From Macrostomum hystrix (lineage: Eukaryota > Animalia > Platyhelminthes): a DNA stretch of 64,000 bases. The stretch is taken from assembly GCA_950097015.1 (NCBI GenBank), contig CATNEN010000032.1:1364001-1428000 (forward strand), in the 5' to 3' direction. Each line of letters starts with the position of its first letter. The stretch's first letter is position 1. Both the position numbers and the translations under genes were made by a program. Positions 10,201 through 20,454 of this stretch are shown here, piece after piece. The notes beneath the pieces are model-generated. The model searched no databases, had not been told where the DNA came from, and saw only the letters and a list, made by a program, of their open reading frames with translations.

Positions 10201-13162
10201 TCTACTCAGGTGAGAAGTAGAGAGTGGGCCAGTCTACTCAGGTGAGAAGTAGAGAGTGGGCCGTCTACTCAGGTGAGAAGTAGAGAGTGGGCCAGTCTAC
10301 TCAGGTGAGAAGTAGAGAGTGGGCCAGTCTACTCAGGTGAGAAGTAGAGAGTGGGCCAGTCTACTCAGGTGAGAAGTAGAGAGTGGGCCAGTCTACTCAG
10401 GTGAGAAGTAGAGAGTGGGCCAGTCTACTCAGGTGAGAAGTGGAGCCCAGTCCCCTGCCCGCTCACCAGGTTGACAACCGTACACAGGAACAGTTGTCCG
10501 GCCAGGCAGACCACTGGCACGGCGGTCTGCACTATGGCGCTGCCCAGACCCACCTTGACTGACAGCCAGACTGTGAGCACCATGACTGATGTTGGGCCAT
10601 AGACTGTGGTTACGTAATAACCCGTGTCCCGTCGGAGCAACAGCAGCAGCATCGGCGAACGAAGCTCCATGCGCTCTAGGGTCCACTCGCTGCCGACTCT
10701 ATTGCCGACATTGACACCGCTGCTTTGGTTGCTTAGCAACCAGCGACGCTCAATAAATTCGGTGCTGTTGCCATGCCGACTGGTAACCAGTTTGCTCAAG
10801 TTCACCGAACATAACTCGCTGTCCAATGGAAACAGTTGCAGCTGAAACAATGTCATTTGTTGCATTTTCTTTTTGAAATCGTAAAATTATAAAACATTGC
10901 ATATTTACCCCTTAGATACCCCTTAGACACGGAAGAGATGAGCGGGTTCGGCAAACTTATTAGCTAGCGGGCCAAAGATATGAGAGAGGGGAGAGATGAG
11001 ACACGGGAGAGATGAGACACGGGAGAGATGAGACACGGGAGAGATGAGACACGGGAGAGATGAGACACGGGAGAGATGAGACTGGGAGAGATGAGACACG
11101 GGAGAGATGAGACACGGGAGAGATGAGACTGGGAGAGATGAGACACGGGAGAGATGAGACACGGTAGAGATGAGACACGGTAGAGATGAGACACGGGAGA
11201 GATGAGACACGGGAGAGATGAGACACGGGAGAGATGAGACACGGGAGAGATGAGACACGGGAGAGATGAGACACGGGAGAGATGAGACACGGGAGAAATG
11301 AGACACGGGAGAGATGAGACACGGGAGAGATAAGACACGGGAGAGATGAGACACGGGAGAAATGAGACACGGGAGAGATGAGACACGGGAGAGATGAGAC
11401 ACGGTAGAGATGAGACACGGGAGGGATGAGACACGGTAGAGATGAGACACGGTAGAGATGAGACACGGAAGAGATGAGACACGGTAGAGATGAGACACGG
11501 GAGGGATGAGACACGGTAGAGATGAGACACGGGAGAGATGAGACACGGGAGAGATGAGACACGGTAGAGATGAGACACGGGAGGGATGAGACACGGTAGA
11601 GATGAGACACGGTAGAGATGAGACACGGTAGAGATGAGACACGGAAGAGATGAGACACGGTAGAGATGAGACACGGTAGAGATGAGACACGGGAGAGATG
11701 AGACACGGGAGAGATGAGACACGGAAGAGATGAGACACGGGAGAGATGAGACACGGGAGAGATGAGACATGGGAGAGATGAGACATGGGAGAGATGAGAC
11801 ATGGGAGAGATGAGACACGGGAGAGATGAGACACGGTAGAGATGAGACACGGAAGAGATGAGACACGGGAGAGATGAGACACGGTAGAGATGAGACACGG
11901 TAGAGATGAGACACGGTAGAGATGAGACACGGAAGAGATGAGACACGGTAGAGATGAGACACGGTAGAGATGAGACACGGAAGAGATGAGACACGGGAGA
12001 GATGAGACACGGGAGAGATGAGACACGGGAGGGATGAGACACGGTAGAGATGAGACACGGGAGAGATGAGACACGGGAGAGATGAGACACGGTAGAGATG
12101 AGACACGGGAGGGATGAGACACGGTAGAGATGAGACACGGTAGAGATGAGACACGGAAGAGATGAGACACGGTAGAGATGAGACACGGTAGAGATGAGAC
12201 ACGGAAGAGATGAGACACGGGAGAGAGGAGACACGGAAGAGATGAGACACGGGAGAGATGAGACACGGGAGAGATGAGACATGGGAGAGATGAGACATGG
12301 GAGAGATGAGACATGGGAGAGATGAGACACGGGAGTGATGAGACACGGGAGAGATGAGACACGGAAGAGATAAGACACGGAAGAGATAAGACAGGATAAT
12401 GTAGGTGTCGGAAGGGGCAATGCGCCGGATTTGGGAGCTTTGAGGGTCGCATCTGGCCCGCGGTTACTTTCTTCAACTTTGCTCTAGTTCATGGGTTCGA
12501 TTCCCAACTCACATTCGCTCGACAGTTGACAGTGAGGCCGAGTGGGCCCCAATCGTGCCTGGTCGCATCCTGATTGAGTCCACCGCCGCTGAGTAGCAAA
12601 CTAACATTCAAAGCTGTGAAGTTTATTTTGAGAACATACTCCACTGTTACAGCTATCGAAGCTTTTGATGCGCGCACACCAGATGACTCATTTTTTTGGC
12701 CGGACCTGCGGGTTTCAAATATTTAACTTTTGTTTGCTATTTTCGCTTCTTTACTGTCTCACTGTCAATCAAGAAGTCTGTAATCCCCACTTTCACCCTG
12801 TTACTCTGCCCTGTCAACCTGTCAACCTGTCAGTCTATTGATCTGTCACTGTCAACCTATCACTGTTAAATTTGTCACTCTGTTAAATTTGTCACCCTGT
12901 TGCGCTGTCACTTTCACGGAACAAAAAATATATATATATGGCACTATTAAGCTGTGCTTCACAATTTTTTTCAACGAATTCTGATTAACAACAAAATTCA
13001 ATTAAAACTTTGGATATCAAAGAAACACAAAAATACGAAGAAGATGTGAGCACACAGACAGCCTCCTCACCTCTCAACTGCAGCTGCAGTGGCGGCTGCC
13101 GTATTGGACAAGGCGATCAGTGCTGACACAGCTGCTTGGAGCAGCAGGTGATGATCCCACAT
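7257..13162 (-). CDS. Divergent Cys-loop (pentameric) ligand-gated ion channel subunit, 375 aa, 4 exons (13162-13071, 12705-12513, 10841-10467, 7724-7257)
   Basis: All junctions are GT-AG and phase-compatible. Signal peptide [24 protein letters not shown]. Splicing of exons 2-3 creates an exact C-x13-C loop [15 protein letters not shown]. Pre-M1/M1 [27 protein letters not shown]2-M3 [21 protein letters not shown] and M4 [24 protein letters not shown] resemble GABA-A/GlyR/GluCl-type subunits. Confidence 0.85.
7766..7997. repeat. 36-bp minisatellite GCAGAGGACAGGTGAGGGAGGGGTGGTGGGTGATCA, about 6 copies
   Basis: Near-perfect tandem copies. Confidence 0.97.
8450..8805. repeat. About 22-bp minisatellite CACAGACAATGAGACTGAG(A/G)CA
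   Basis: Tandem copies in the last ion-channel intron. Confidence 0.92.
9140..10441. repeat. 32-bp minisatellite GAGAGTGGGCCAGTCTACTCAGGTGAGAAGTA, about 40 copies
   Basis: Homogeneous array ending about 25 bp from a splice donor. Confidence 0.97.
10990..12392. repeat. 16-bp minisatellite GAGATGAGACACGG(G/T)A, about 88 copies
   Basis: Fills most of ion-channel intron 2. Confidence 0.97.
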
Positions 13163-13511
13163 TCTGGTGAGCTAAAATTGCTACCTCAGCAGCTCCTCAC
13201 CTGTCGCTAGGTGTCTCGGATGATTTTACTCAAACTGCTCCGGTTGCATGCGATGCCTAAATAAGAAATTTCAATGCCCTCTGAGATCCACCCACTAGGC
13301 CAATTCCTATTGGTCCATGGCTTAAACGTAGCTGATTGGCTGGGGCCATACGGAGATATCATCTTGATGTCATGAGGATTTCAACGCAAGGCAAGTACAA
13401 GAAGGATTAAGAATTTAGTCTAGGAAATACAATCAGCTTGAGCTCAAAGAATTCAGCAGCGAAGATTGCAGTCAAATCGAATTCAGATCAAATCAAATCA
13501 CTGACCATCAA

Positions 13512-14169
13512 TATAATAATAATATAATAACTGACACTAGACCCAAGGGCCAGTGCAGGTGTTGTGTGTCAGGCACACTAGCAGGTGGGGACTGCACACC
13601 TAATGTACTCCCCGGCTCTCTCGGACACCGGTTGACAGCCGCGTGTCAGCAATGGAATTTATTTTTCTAAACATATCGGCAGCATCCAAACCCCACAGAA
13701 TTGCCGCACAGAACTGCTTTATTCCACGCCAGCCGGAATTATTATTACCCGACGAAATGTCGGTACTCATTTGCAGCTGAGTAGACTGTGTGCACATCAG
13801 TCAGTACTCATTTGCAGCTGAGTAGACTGTGTGCACACCAGTCAGTACTCATTTGCAGCTGAGTAGACTGTGTGCACACCAGTCAGTACTCATTTGCAGC
13901 TGAGTAGACTGTGTGCACACCAGTCAGTACTCATTTGCAGCTGAGTAGACTGTGTGCACACCAGTCAGTACTCATTTGCAGCTGAGTAGACTGTGTGCAC
14001 ACCAGTCAGTACTCATTTGCAGCTGAGTAGACTGTGTGCACATCAGGGCAAAGCAGCTTGCCAAAGGCTGCACGAATAGTTCTAGACTAGGTCGGGAGTC
14101 GAACCCAGGACCATCTGATCCAGAGTCCGACATCTTACTGACTGAGCTATCCGCCCCTGGAGCTATCCG
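13512..14169 (-). mobile_element. tRNA-derived SINE with CORE-like central domain, internally expanded by a 41-bp tandem repeat
   Basis: Minus-strand head GGGCGGATAGCTCAGTCAG...GGTTCGACTCCC (A/B boxes), AT-rich tail, 12-bp TSD ACTGACCATCAA at 13500-13511 and 14170-14181. Confidence 0.85.
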
Positions 14170-14625
14170 ACTGACCATCAAGAGTGTCACGTTAAAACTG
14201 AAAATCAAATTTTTATCTGCAACCCGCTGTCGGTTACATAGAGCTATAACAATATACGTATATCATCGTAAAACCCAGGCGAGAATTCCTTGATTTACAA
14301 GAAATATTTATTTTGTTTTAATTAATGACAATATCTGAATAGGGCGGAAATGGTGCTTTGGAATTAAAAGTACAGATGTCGAGAAAATAGAATTTCACGA
14401 AGATATACGATATTTTTACTCTAAATTGCTTGACGCAGTTGTAACGATTTCAATGAAAATCTTTCCATTGTTTAATACAGTTTGATAATAGAACAATGAG
14501 GAAAATTAGAAACTAATTAGTGTCAGATGTTAAAACTGTCAATTTTCGTATTTCTTCAGCAGCATGATGCAATATTTCAATAAATAGTTGGAATTGAGAC
14601 TGGTCCGACCGATGAAGTCAGAACT

Positions 14626-15803
14626 CTACTCCATGTTTGAGTAGCGGCTATCCTTGCTCAGGCGAGTAGCCAGGTAACCAGCTACAATCACCAGCATGCA
14701 GGCACCGATGACGCCTGCGATGGCCAATGCAACAATGCCTGTGCGATGACGCTTCGAGTCGGCTTCACACAGGAATGCTGCAGGGTAGGAGAGGTTGGAA
14801 GCCTCAGGTGAGCAGTAGCTTATAATCCTTCAGGTGAGCAGTAGCTTATAATGCTTCAGGTGAGCAGTAGCTTATAATGCTTCAGGTGAGCAGTAGCTTA
14901 TAATCCTTTAGGTGAGCAGTAGCTTATAATCCTTCAGGTGAGCAGTAGCTTATAATCCTTCAGGTGAGCAGTAGCTTATAATGCTTCAGGTGAGCAGTAG
15001 CTTATAATCCTTCAGGTGAGCAGTAGCTTATAATCCTTCAGGTGAGCAGTAGCTTATAATCCTTCAGGTGAGCAGTAGCTAATAATCCTTCAGGTGAGCA
15101 GTAGCTAATAATCCTTCAGGTGAGCAGTAGCTTATAATCCTTTAGGTGAGCAGTAGCTTATAATCCTTCAGGTGAGCAGTAGCTTATAATGCTTCAGGTG
15201 AGCAGTAGCTTATATTCCTTCAGGTGAGCAGTAGCTTATAATCCTTCAGGTGAGCAGTAGCTTATAATGCTTCAGGTGAGCAGTAGCTTATAATCCTTCA
15301 GGTGAGCAGTAGCTTATAATCCTTCAGGTGAGCAGTAGCTTATAATGCTTCAGGTGAGCAGTAGCTTATAATCCTTCAGGTGAGCAGTAGCTTATAATCC
15401 TTCAGGTGAGCAGTAGCTTATAATCCTTCAGGTGAGCAGTAGCTTATAATCCTTTAGGTGAGCAGTAGCTTATAATCCTTCAGGTGAGCAGTAGCTTATA
15501 ATCCTTCAGGTGAGCAGTAGCTTATAATCCTTCAGGTGAGCAGTAGCTTATAATCCTTCAGGTGAGCAGTAGCTTATAATCCTGAAGGAGTTAAAATCTT
15601 TGGAACAAAAACAAAAAGAAACTAACTCTGAGTGAGGCCTGCGCAAACTACTTAAAGTAATAATGAGCGCAAATCGGTGTATAAATAATTAAAAACATCA
15701 AATTTCTCACCTCCTTCGTGAGTTTTCTCGCGTCGCGTGTCAGATTCGTCCAGTGATGTCAGGAGGCGTACGGTTGGGAAATGCGCCAGTGCACCGACCT
15801 TGA

Positions 15804-15845
<42 letters not shown>

Positions 15846-18094
15846 TGCCGCCGCCTTTCTTGTCGTCAACCCGACGCCAATGAAGCTGGATCGCTTCGGG
15901 TGAATGACAGACGAAAGCGCTGCCAACTGGCGCGGCGAACAGCAGAAGCGTCCGCTCGGTGTGGGGCAGCCAGTACTCCACAATGGCCGACTCGTCTGTG
16001 AAGGTTTTTGGGCAGGTTGACCGAAATCTCAATCTTGAAACTCAAATAGCGTTAAAAAATATATGAAAAGCTACGATAGACAAGTGGACTCAAAGTAGAT
16101 AGGTAGACTCAAAGTAGATAGGTAGACTCAAAGTAGATAGGTAGACTCAAAGTGGGTTCGATAGGTAGACTCAAAGTAGATAGGTAGACTCAAAGTAGAT
16201 AGGTAGACTCAAAGTGGGTTCGATAGGTAGACTCAAAGTTGATAGGTAGACTCAAAGTTGATAGGTAGACTCAAAGTTAATAGGTAGACTCAAAGTGGTT
16301 CGATAGGTAGACTCAAAGTAGATAGGTAGACTCAAAGTTGATAGGTAGACTCAAAGTTGATAGGTAGACTCAAAGTTGATAGGTAGACTCAAAGTTGATA
16401 GGTAGACTCAAAGTTAATAGGTAGACTCAAAGTTGATAGGTAGACTCAAAGTAGATAGGTAGACTCAAAGTGGGTTCGATAGGTAGACTCAAAGTGGGTT
16501 CGATAGGTAGACTCAAAGTGGGGTAGATAGTCTGACTCATTGTGGGATAGATAGGTAGACTCTTTGTGGGGTAGATCATTAGACTCTAAGTGTGGTAGAT
16601 AGGTAGACTCTAAGTGTGGTAGATAGGTAGACTCTAAGTCGGGTAGATCATTAGACTCTAAGTGTAGTAGATAGGTAGACTCTTTGTGGGGTAGATAGCT
16701 AGACTCTAAGTGTGGTAGATAGCTAGACTCTAAGTGTGGTAGATAGGTAGACTCTAAGTGGGGTAGATAGGTAGACTTTAAGTGGGGTTGATAGGTAGAC
16801 TCTAAATGTGGTAGATAGGTAGACTCTAATTGTGGTAGATAGGTAGACTCTAAGTGGGGTAGATAGGTAGACTCTAAGTGGGGTAGATAGGTAGACTCTA
16901 AGTGGGGTAGATAGGTAGACTCAAAGCTGATCATCGTTAGCTTACCTTTGTGCAGTATGCTGGCATTAGTAAATGCCGGATCTCTCAGATCTGCAAACAG
17001 GCGCAAGTCGCTAACAAAGCTGTAGGTGACTGTCGGCTGAAAACCAATAAATTAATCCAGTTTATAAGCGGTTATCACTACTCAGTTCAACAATGTAAGT
17101 AGAAGGTCTTTGTAAAAAACTTACCGGTGTTATTTGAGTCCAGACGTTGTCAAAAGTCTGCGAAAATTAGAAATCAGAATTATAAAATAAAACAATTATT
17201 CAATCATCAAATAAACACACGAGTTTATTTTTTATCGTGTGTTTAGCAGTAATTAAACTGATTTAATTGAAGTACTCGTAATTTGACAATTTCTTAATTA
17301 CATCAAACGTACATAACCTTTAATATGTCAATCAAAAAATTAATGTTTCTAAATAAATCTTTGAGACCTGAAAGTACGAGCAGTAGCTTATCGTAAACTT
17401 ATCACACATGTCAACCCGTCAAAGTGTCAATCAATCCATTGATTTGCCTCACCCTCTCGCTGAACCGCATCTCCAGCCGCAGGCGCCCATCAGACCAGGC
17501 CACCTCCAGTCTGGCGGTCCGGTTGCCGCAGTCGCCGCTGACCCTACTCGAGTTCATATCGGCTGACAGCGACAAGACAGCGGTGCAGGTGCCCCGGTCG
17601 TCCTTGGCGCGGTCGTCTCGACCGACGCACGGATAGGGCAGGGAGAAGGCGGCGCCATTGAAGTCGGCCTCGACGCAGGCCTGACTGGAGTTGCCGCCGC
17701 GCTGTACCCGGAACTCGCTGGCGCTAACTCCGTGGACAGCCACTGGGTTGGTGGCATGATTGGGAAAGCTGTGCACTGGACAGACAGACACCCAGCACAG
17801 ACAGACACCCAGCACAGACTGACGGACACCCAGCACAGACAGACACCCAGCACAGACAGACACCCAGCACAGACTGACAGACAGACACCCAGCACAGACA
17901 GACAGACACCCAGCACAGACTGACAGACAGACACCCAACACAGACTGACAGACAGACACCCAGCACTGACAGATAGACACCCAGCACAGACTGACAGACA
18001 CCCAGCACAGTCTGACAGACACCCAGCACAGACTGACAGACAGACACCCAGAACAGACAGGCAGACAGACACCCAGAACAGACAGACACACAGC

Positions 18095-18161
<67 letters not shown>

Positions 18162-18277
18162 CACAGATAGATAAACAGAATATGACATTGCTAACAAGTC
18201 ATATTCAGCTCAAACTCACAGCTCATAGCGCTCATCGCAATCCAAATGACCTGCGGGAGGCTGCACCTCGGCTTCAT
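14626..18277 (-). CDS. LAMP-family type I membrane glycoprotein (single LAMP domain, LAMP5/UNC-46-like), 313 aa, 6 exons (18277-18220, 17775-17453, 17157-17125, 17036-16946, 15995-15711, 14777-14626)
   Basis: Phase-consistent GT-AG exon chain with an N-terminal hydrophobic leader. LAMP-like motifs [50 protein letters not shown] helix [24 protein letters not shown]. Short tail ending RYSNME (YxxM). Confidence 0.75.
14803..15585. repeat. 26-bp minisatellite CTTCAGGTGAGCAGTAGCTTATAATC, about 30 copies
   Basis: Fills most of the last LAMP intron. Confidence 0.97.
16085..16926. repeat. 19-24 bp minisatellite with core GTAGATAGGTAGACTC
   Basis: About 19-bp units on the left grade into 24-bp units on the right. 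Confidence 0.95.
17780..18172. repeat. (CAGA)n microsatellite grading into a CAGACACCCAGCACAGA minisatellite
   Basis: Occupies LAMP intron 1 up to the acceptor at 17776. Confidence 0.95.
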
Positions 18278-19169
18278 CAGTGCTCAGAGGCGAACGGTTA
18301 ATGAGTCCTTCTCAAATCGAGTTTCCCCTGTTGCTTGACTTGGTGATGTCGCTCAAATTAACCGTCAACTTTGGGAGATTGTTTGATAGACGAGAAACTC
18401 CGCACCAAAGCCGTCTAAAATGCCTTCCCCCTTCCGTCCTTTTTGCGGCCATGTCTCGCGCCCTCTCTCGCTGAGGCTCCACGCATACGATTCCAATGCT
18501 GCTCAGAATTCTAGATTTCCGTCTCCAGCCAGTCCGCGCGCGCACACTCAGGGCATCTTCAGTTTGCACGGAATGCGGCGGGGGGTGGTTAGACCTATCG
18601 ATTTTTGCCCACAGTCCAAGATGAGACCAGGGTCGGCAACTAGGCGGCGAGACGGGGAAGCTGGGAGTGAGTGATGAGGAGGCCTGGGCTGGGAGGTGGG
18701 TTTGGCCCGCGGGAGCCAAGGGAATCCTCAGCCGTTTCTCCTTTCCTGCTCTCTGCCCGTCTCTCTATGGGTGTGTGAGCGTGAGTCCGCGCGAGCCCGA
18801 ATTTAATATATATATCCCCACAGCCAATCGGAAATATCCTCACTTTCCTTCATCGGCGCCCGATGTCCCATTTTCGGTCGGAGACCTCCTCTGTCGCTCA
18901 CCCGCCTTCACACCTATCTCTCTCCCGTTCTCCCCTTTGCTAAGAGTTCCATTTCATTTTATTATCCTCATGACGGCTTGGGATGAGGGAGTTGACAAGG
19001 CCGCCTGGCAGGAATACTGCATTAGCAGATGCATGGCGTTTGACTTTGTAACCATGGCAGCCAAGAACTTTCTCCCAATTATGGCTCAGTTGCTGGGTGA
19101 GAAAGTGTCATTGGAGAAATAGGCTGACAGAAAGGAAAGTGGCAGGCCCTGAAGGATTGAGAAGGGATA

Positions 19170-19390
19170 GGGGCAAGCCCTGAAGGATCGGGAAAGGGAT
19201 CATGGAAAGCCCTGAAGGATCGGGAAAGGGATCATGGAAAGCCCTGAAGGATCGGGAAAGGGATCATGGAAAGCCCTGAAGGATCGGGAAAGGGATCATG
19301 GAAAGCCCTGAAGGATCGGGAAAGGGATCATGGAAAGCCCTGAAGGATCGGGAAAGGGATCATGGAAAGCCCTGAAGGATCGGGAAGGGA
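19170..19390. repeat. 32-bp minisatellite GGAAAGGGATCATGGAAAGCCCTGAAGGATCG, about 7 copies
   Basis: Direct reading. Confidence 0.95.
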
Positions 19391-19811
19391 AAGAAGGAAA
19401 AAGTGTAGAAAAAAAGGGTATGCGTCTGTCTGCGTAAAAATGTTGCCTCGGTTTGCGACTTGCTGTTGATTAATATTCGCTACTTTGAGTAGCATATCAC
19501 CCTTTTCTAAGAAAACGTTATTCTGTATGTACGCTCGTATTTTAAAACTCTTAAGAAATGAGCAACAGGGCATAGCATTTCTTGGAATGGAAAATATTAG
19601 TTTAAGCTGCTTTAGAGTTTCATACTTACTGTAGATAAAGGTTTATTGATAACAAAATAAAATTTTCGCATAGGAATTCAGTGGCGATGAATTTTTACAA
19701 AGAGCAGAGAGTTAAAAATAATTATACAAACTGAACGATTTATAAGAAACTGAGGGACCAATATTTCTTTCATCTCAAAGTTAAAAATGTATAGCAAAAG
19801 AACAGACACTA

Positions 19812-20408
19812 CTAACAAACCTCCCTCAGTGACCTTGGTGGAAGACCAACCTTCCTCCATGACCTTGGTGGAAGACCAACCCCACTCTCTGACCTTGATA
19901 AAAGCCCAACCTCATTGACCTTGATGGAAGGCCAACCTCCCTCCGTGACCTTGGTGGAAGCCCAACCTCCCTCCATGACCTTGATGAAAGCCCAACCTCC
20001 CTCATTGACCTTGGTGGAAGGCCAACCTCCCTCCGTGACCTTGGTGGAAGCCCAACCTCCCTCCATGACCTTGATGAAAGCCCAACCTCCCTCATTGACC
20101 TTGGTGGAAGGCCAACCTCCCTCCGTGACCTTGGTGGAAGCCCAACCTCCCTCCATGACCTTGATGAAAGCCCAACCTCCCTCATTGACCTTGGTGGAAG
20201 GCCAACCTCCCTCCGTGACCTTGGTGGAAGCCCAACCTGCCTCCATGACCTTGATGAAAGCATAACTTCCCTCCATGACCTTGATGAAAGTCCAACCTCA
20301 CTTATTGACTTTGGCGGAAGACCAAACTCCCTCCCTGACCTTGGTGGAAGGCCAACATCCCTCCGTGACTTGCGTGGAAGGCCAGCCTCCATCACTGACC
20401 TTGGTGGT
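19812..20408. repeat. 30-bp minisatellite GACCTTGGTGGAAGCCCAACCTCCCTCCAT with a 90-bp higher-order repeat
   Basis: 30-aa periodicity in ORF 19915-20265. Confidence 0.95.
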
Positions 20409-20454
20409 ATAATGAACGTTAATAAAATTAAAACTGATACCAAAAATGTTCATC

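Noticed and set aside
9140-10441. CRISPR-like regular 26-41 bp repeats here and elsewhere
   Set aside because: Units are head-to-tail with no unique spacers, no cas genes, and the DNA is eukaryotic.
10923-12476. 517/486/460-aa ORFs in three frames
   Set aside because: 16-bp array inside ion-channel intron 2; the true exons are defined by consensus splice sites at 12513 and 10841.
12493-12505. B-box-like GGTTCGATTCC next to the channel exon-2 donor
   Set aside because: No A box or SINE body; an isolated 11-mer.
14080-14160. tRNA genes at 14.1 kb, 34.2 kb and 51.1 kb
   Set aside because: A and B boxes are present, but each continues into a SINE body and tail, lacks a complete acceptor stem, and is TSD-flanked (clearly at 14.1 and 34.2 kb, possibly at 51.1 kb).
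17411-18197. Cys/Val-rich ORFs suggesting a metallothionein- or keratin-like protein
   Set aside because: Translations of the (CAGA)n-derived repeat in LAMP intron 1.
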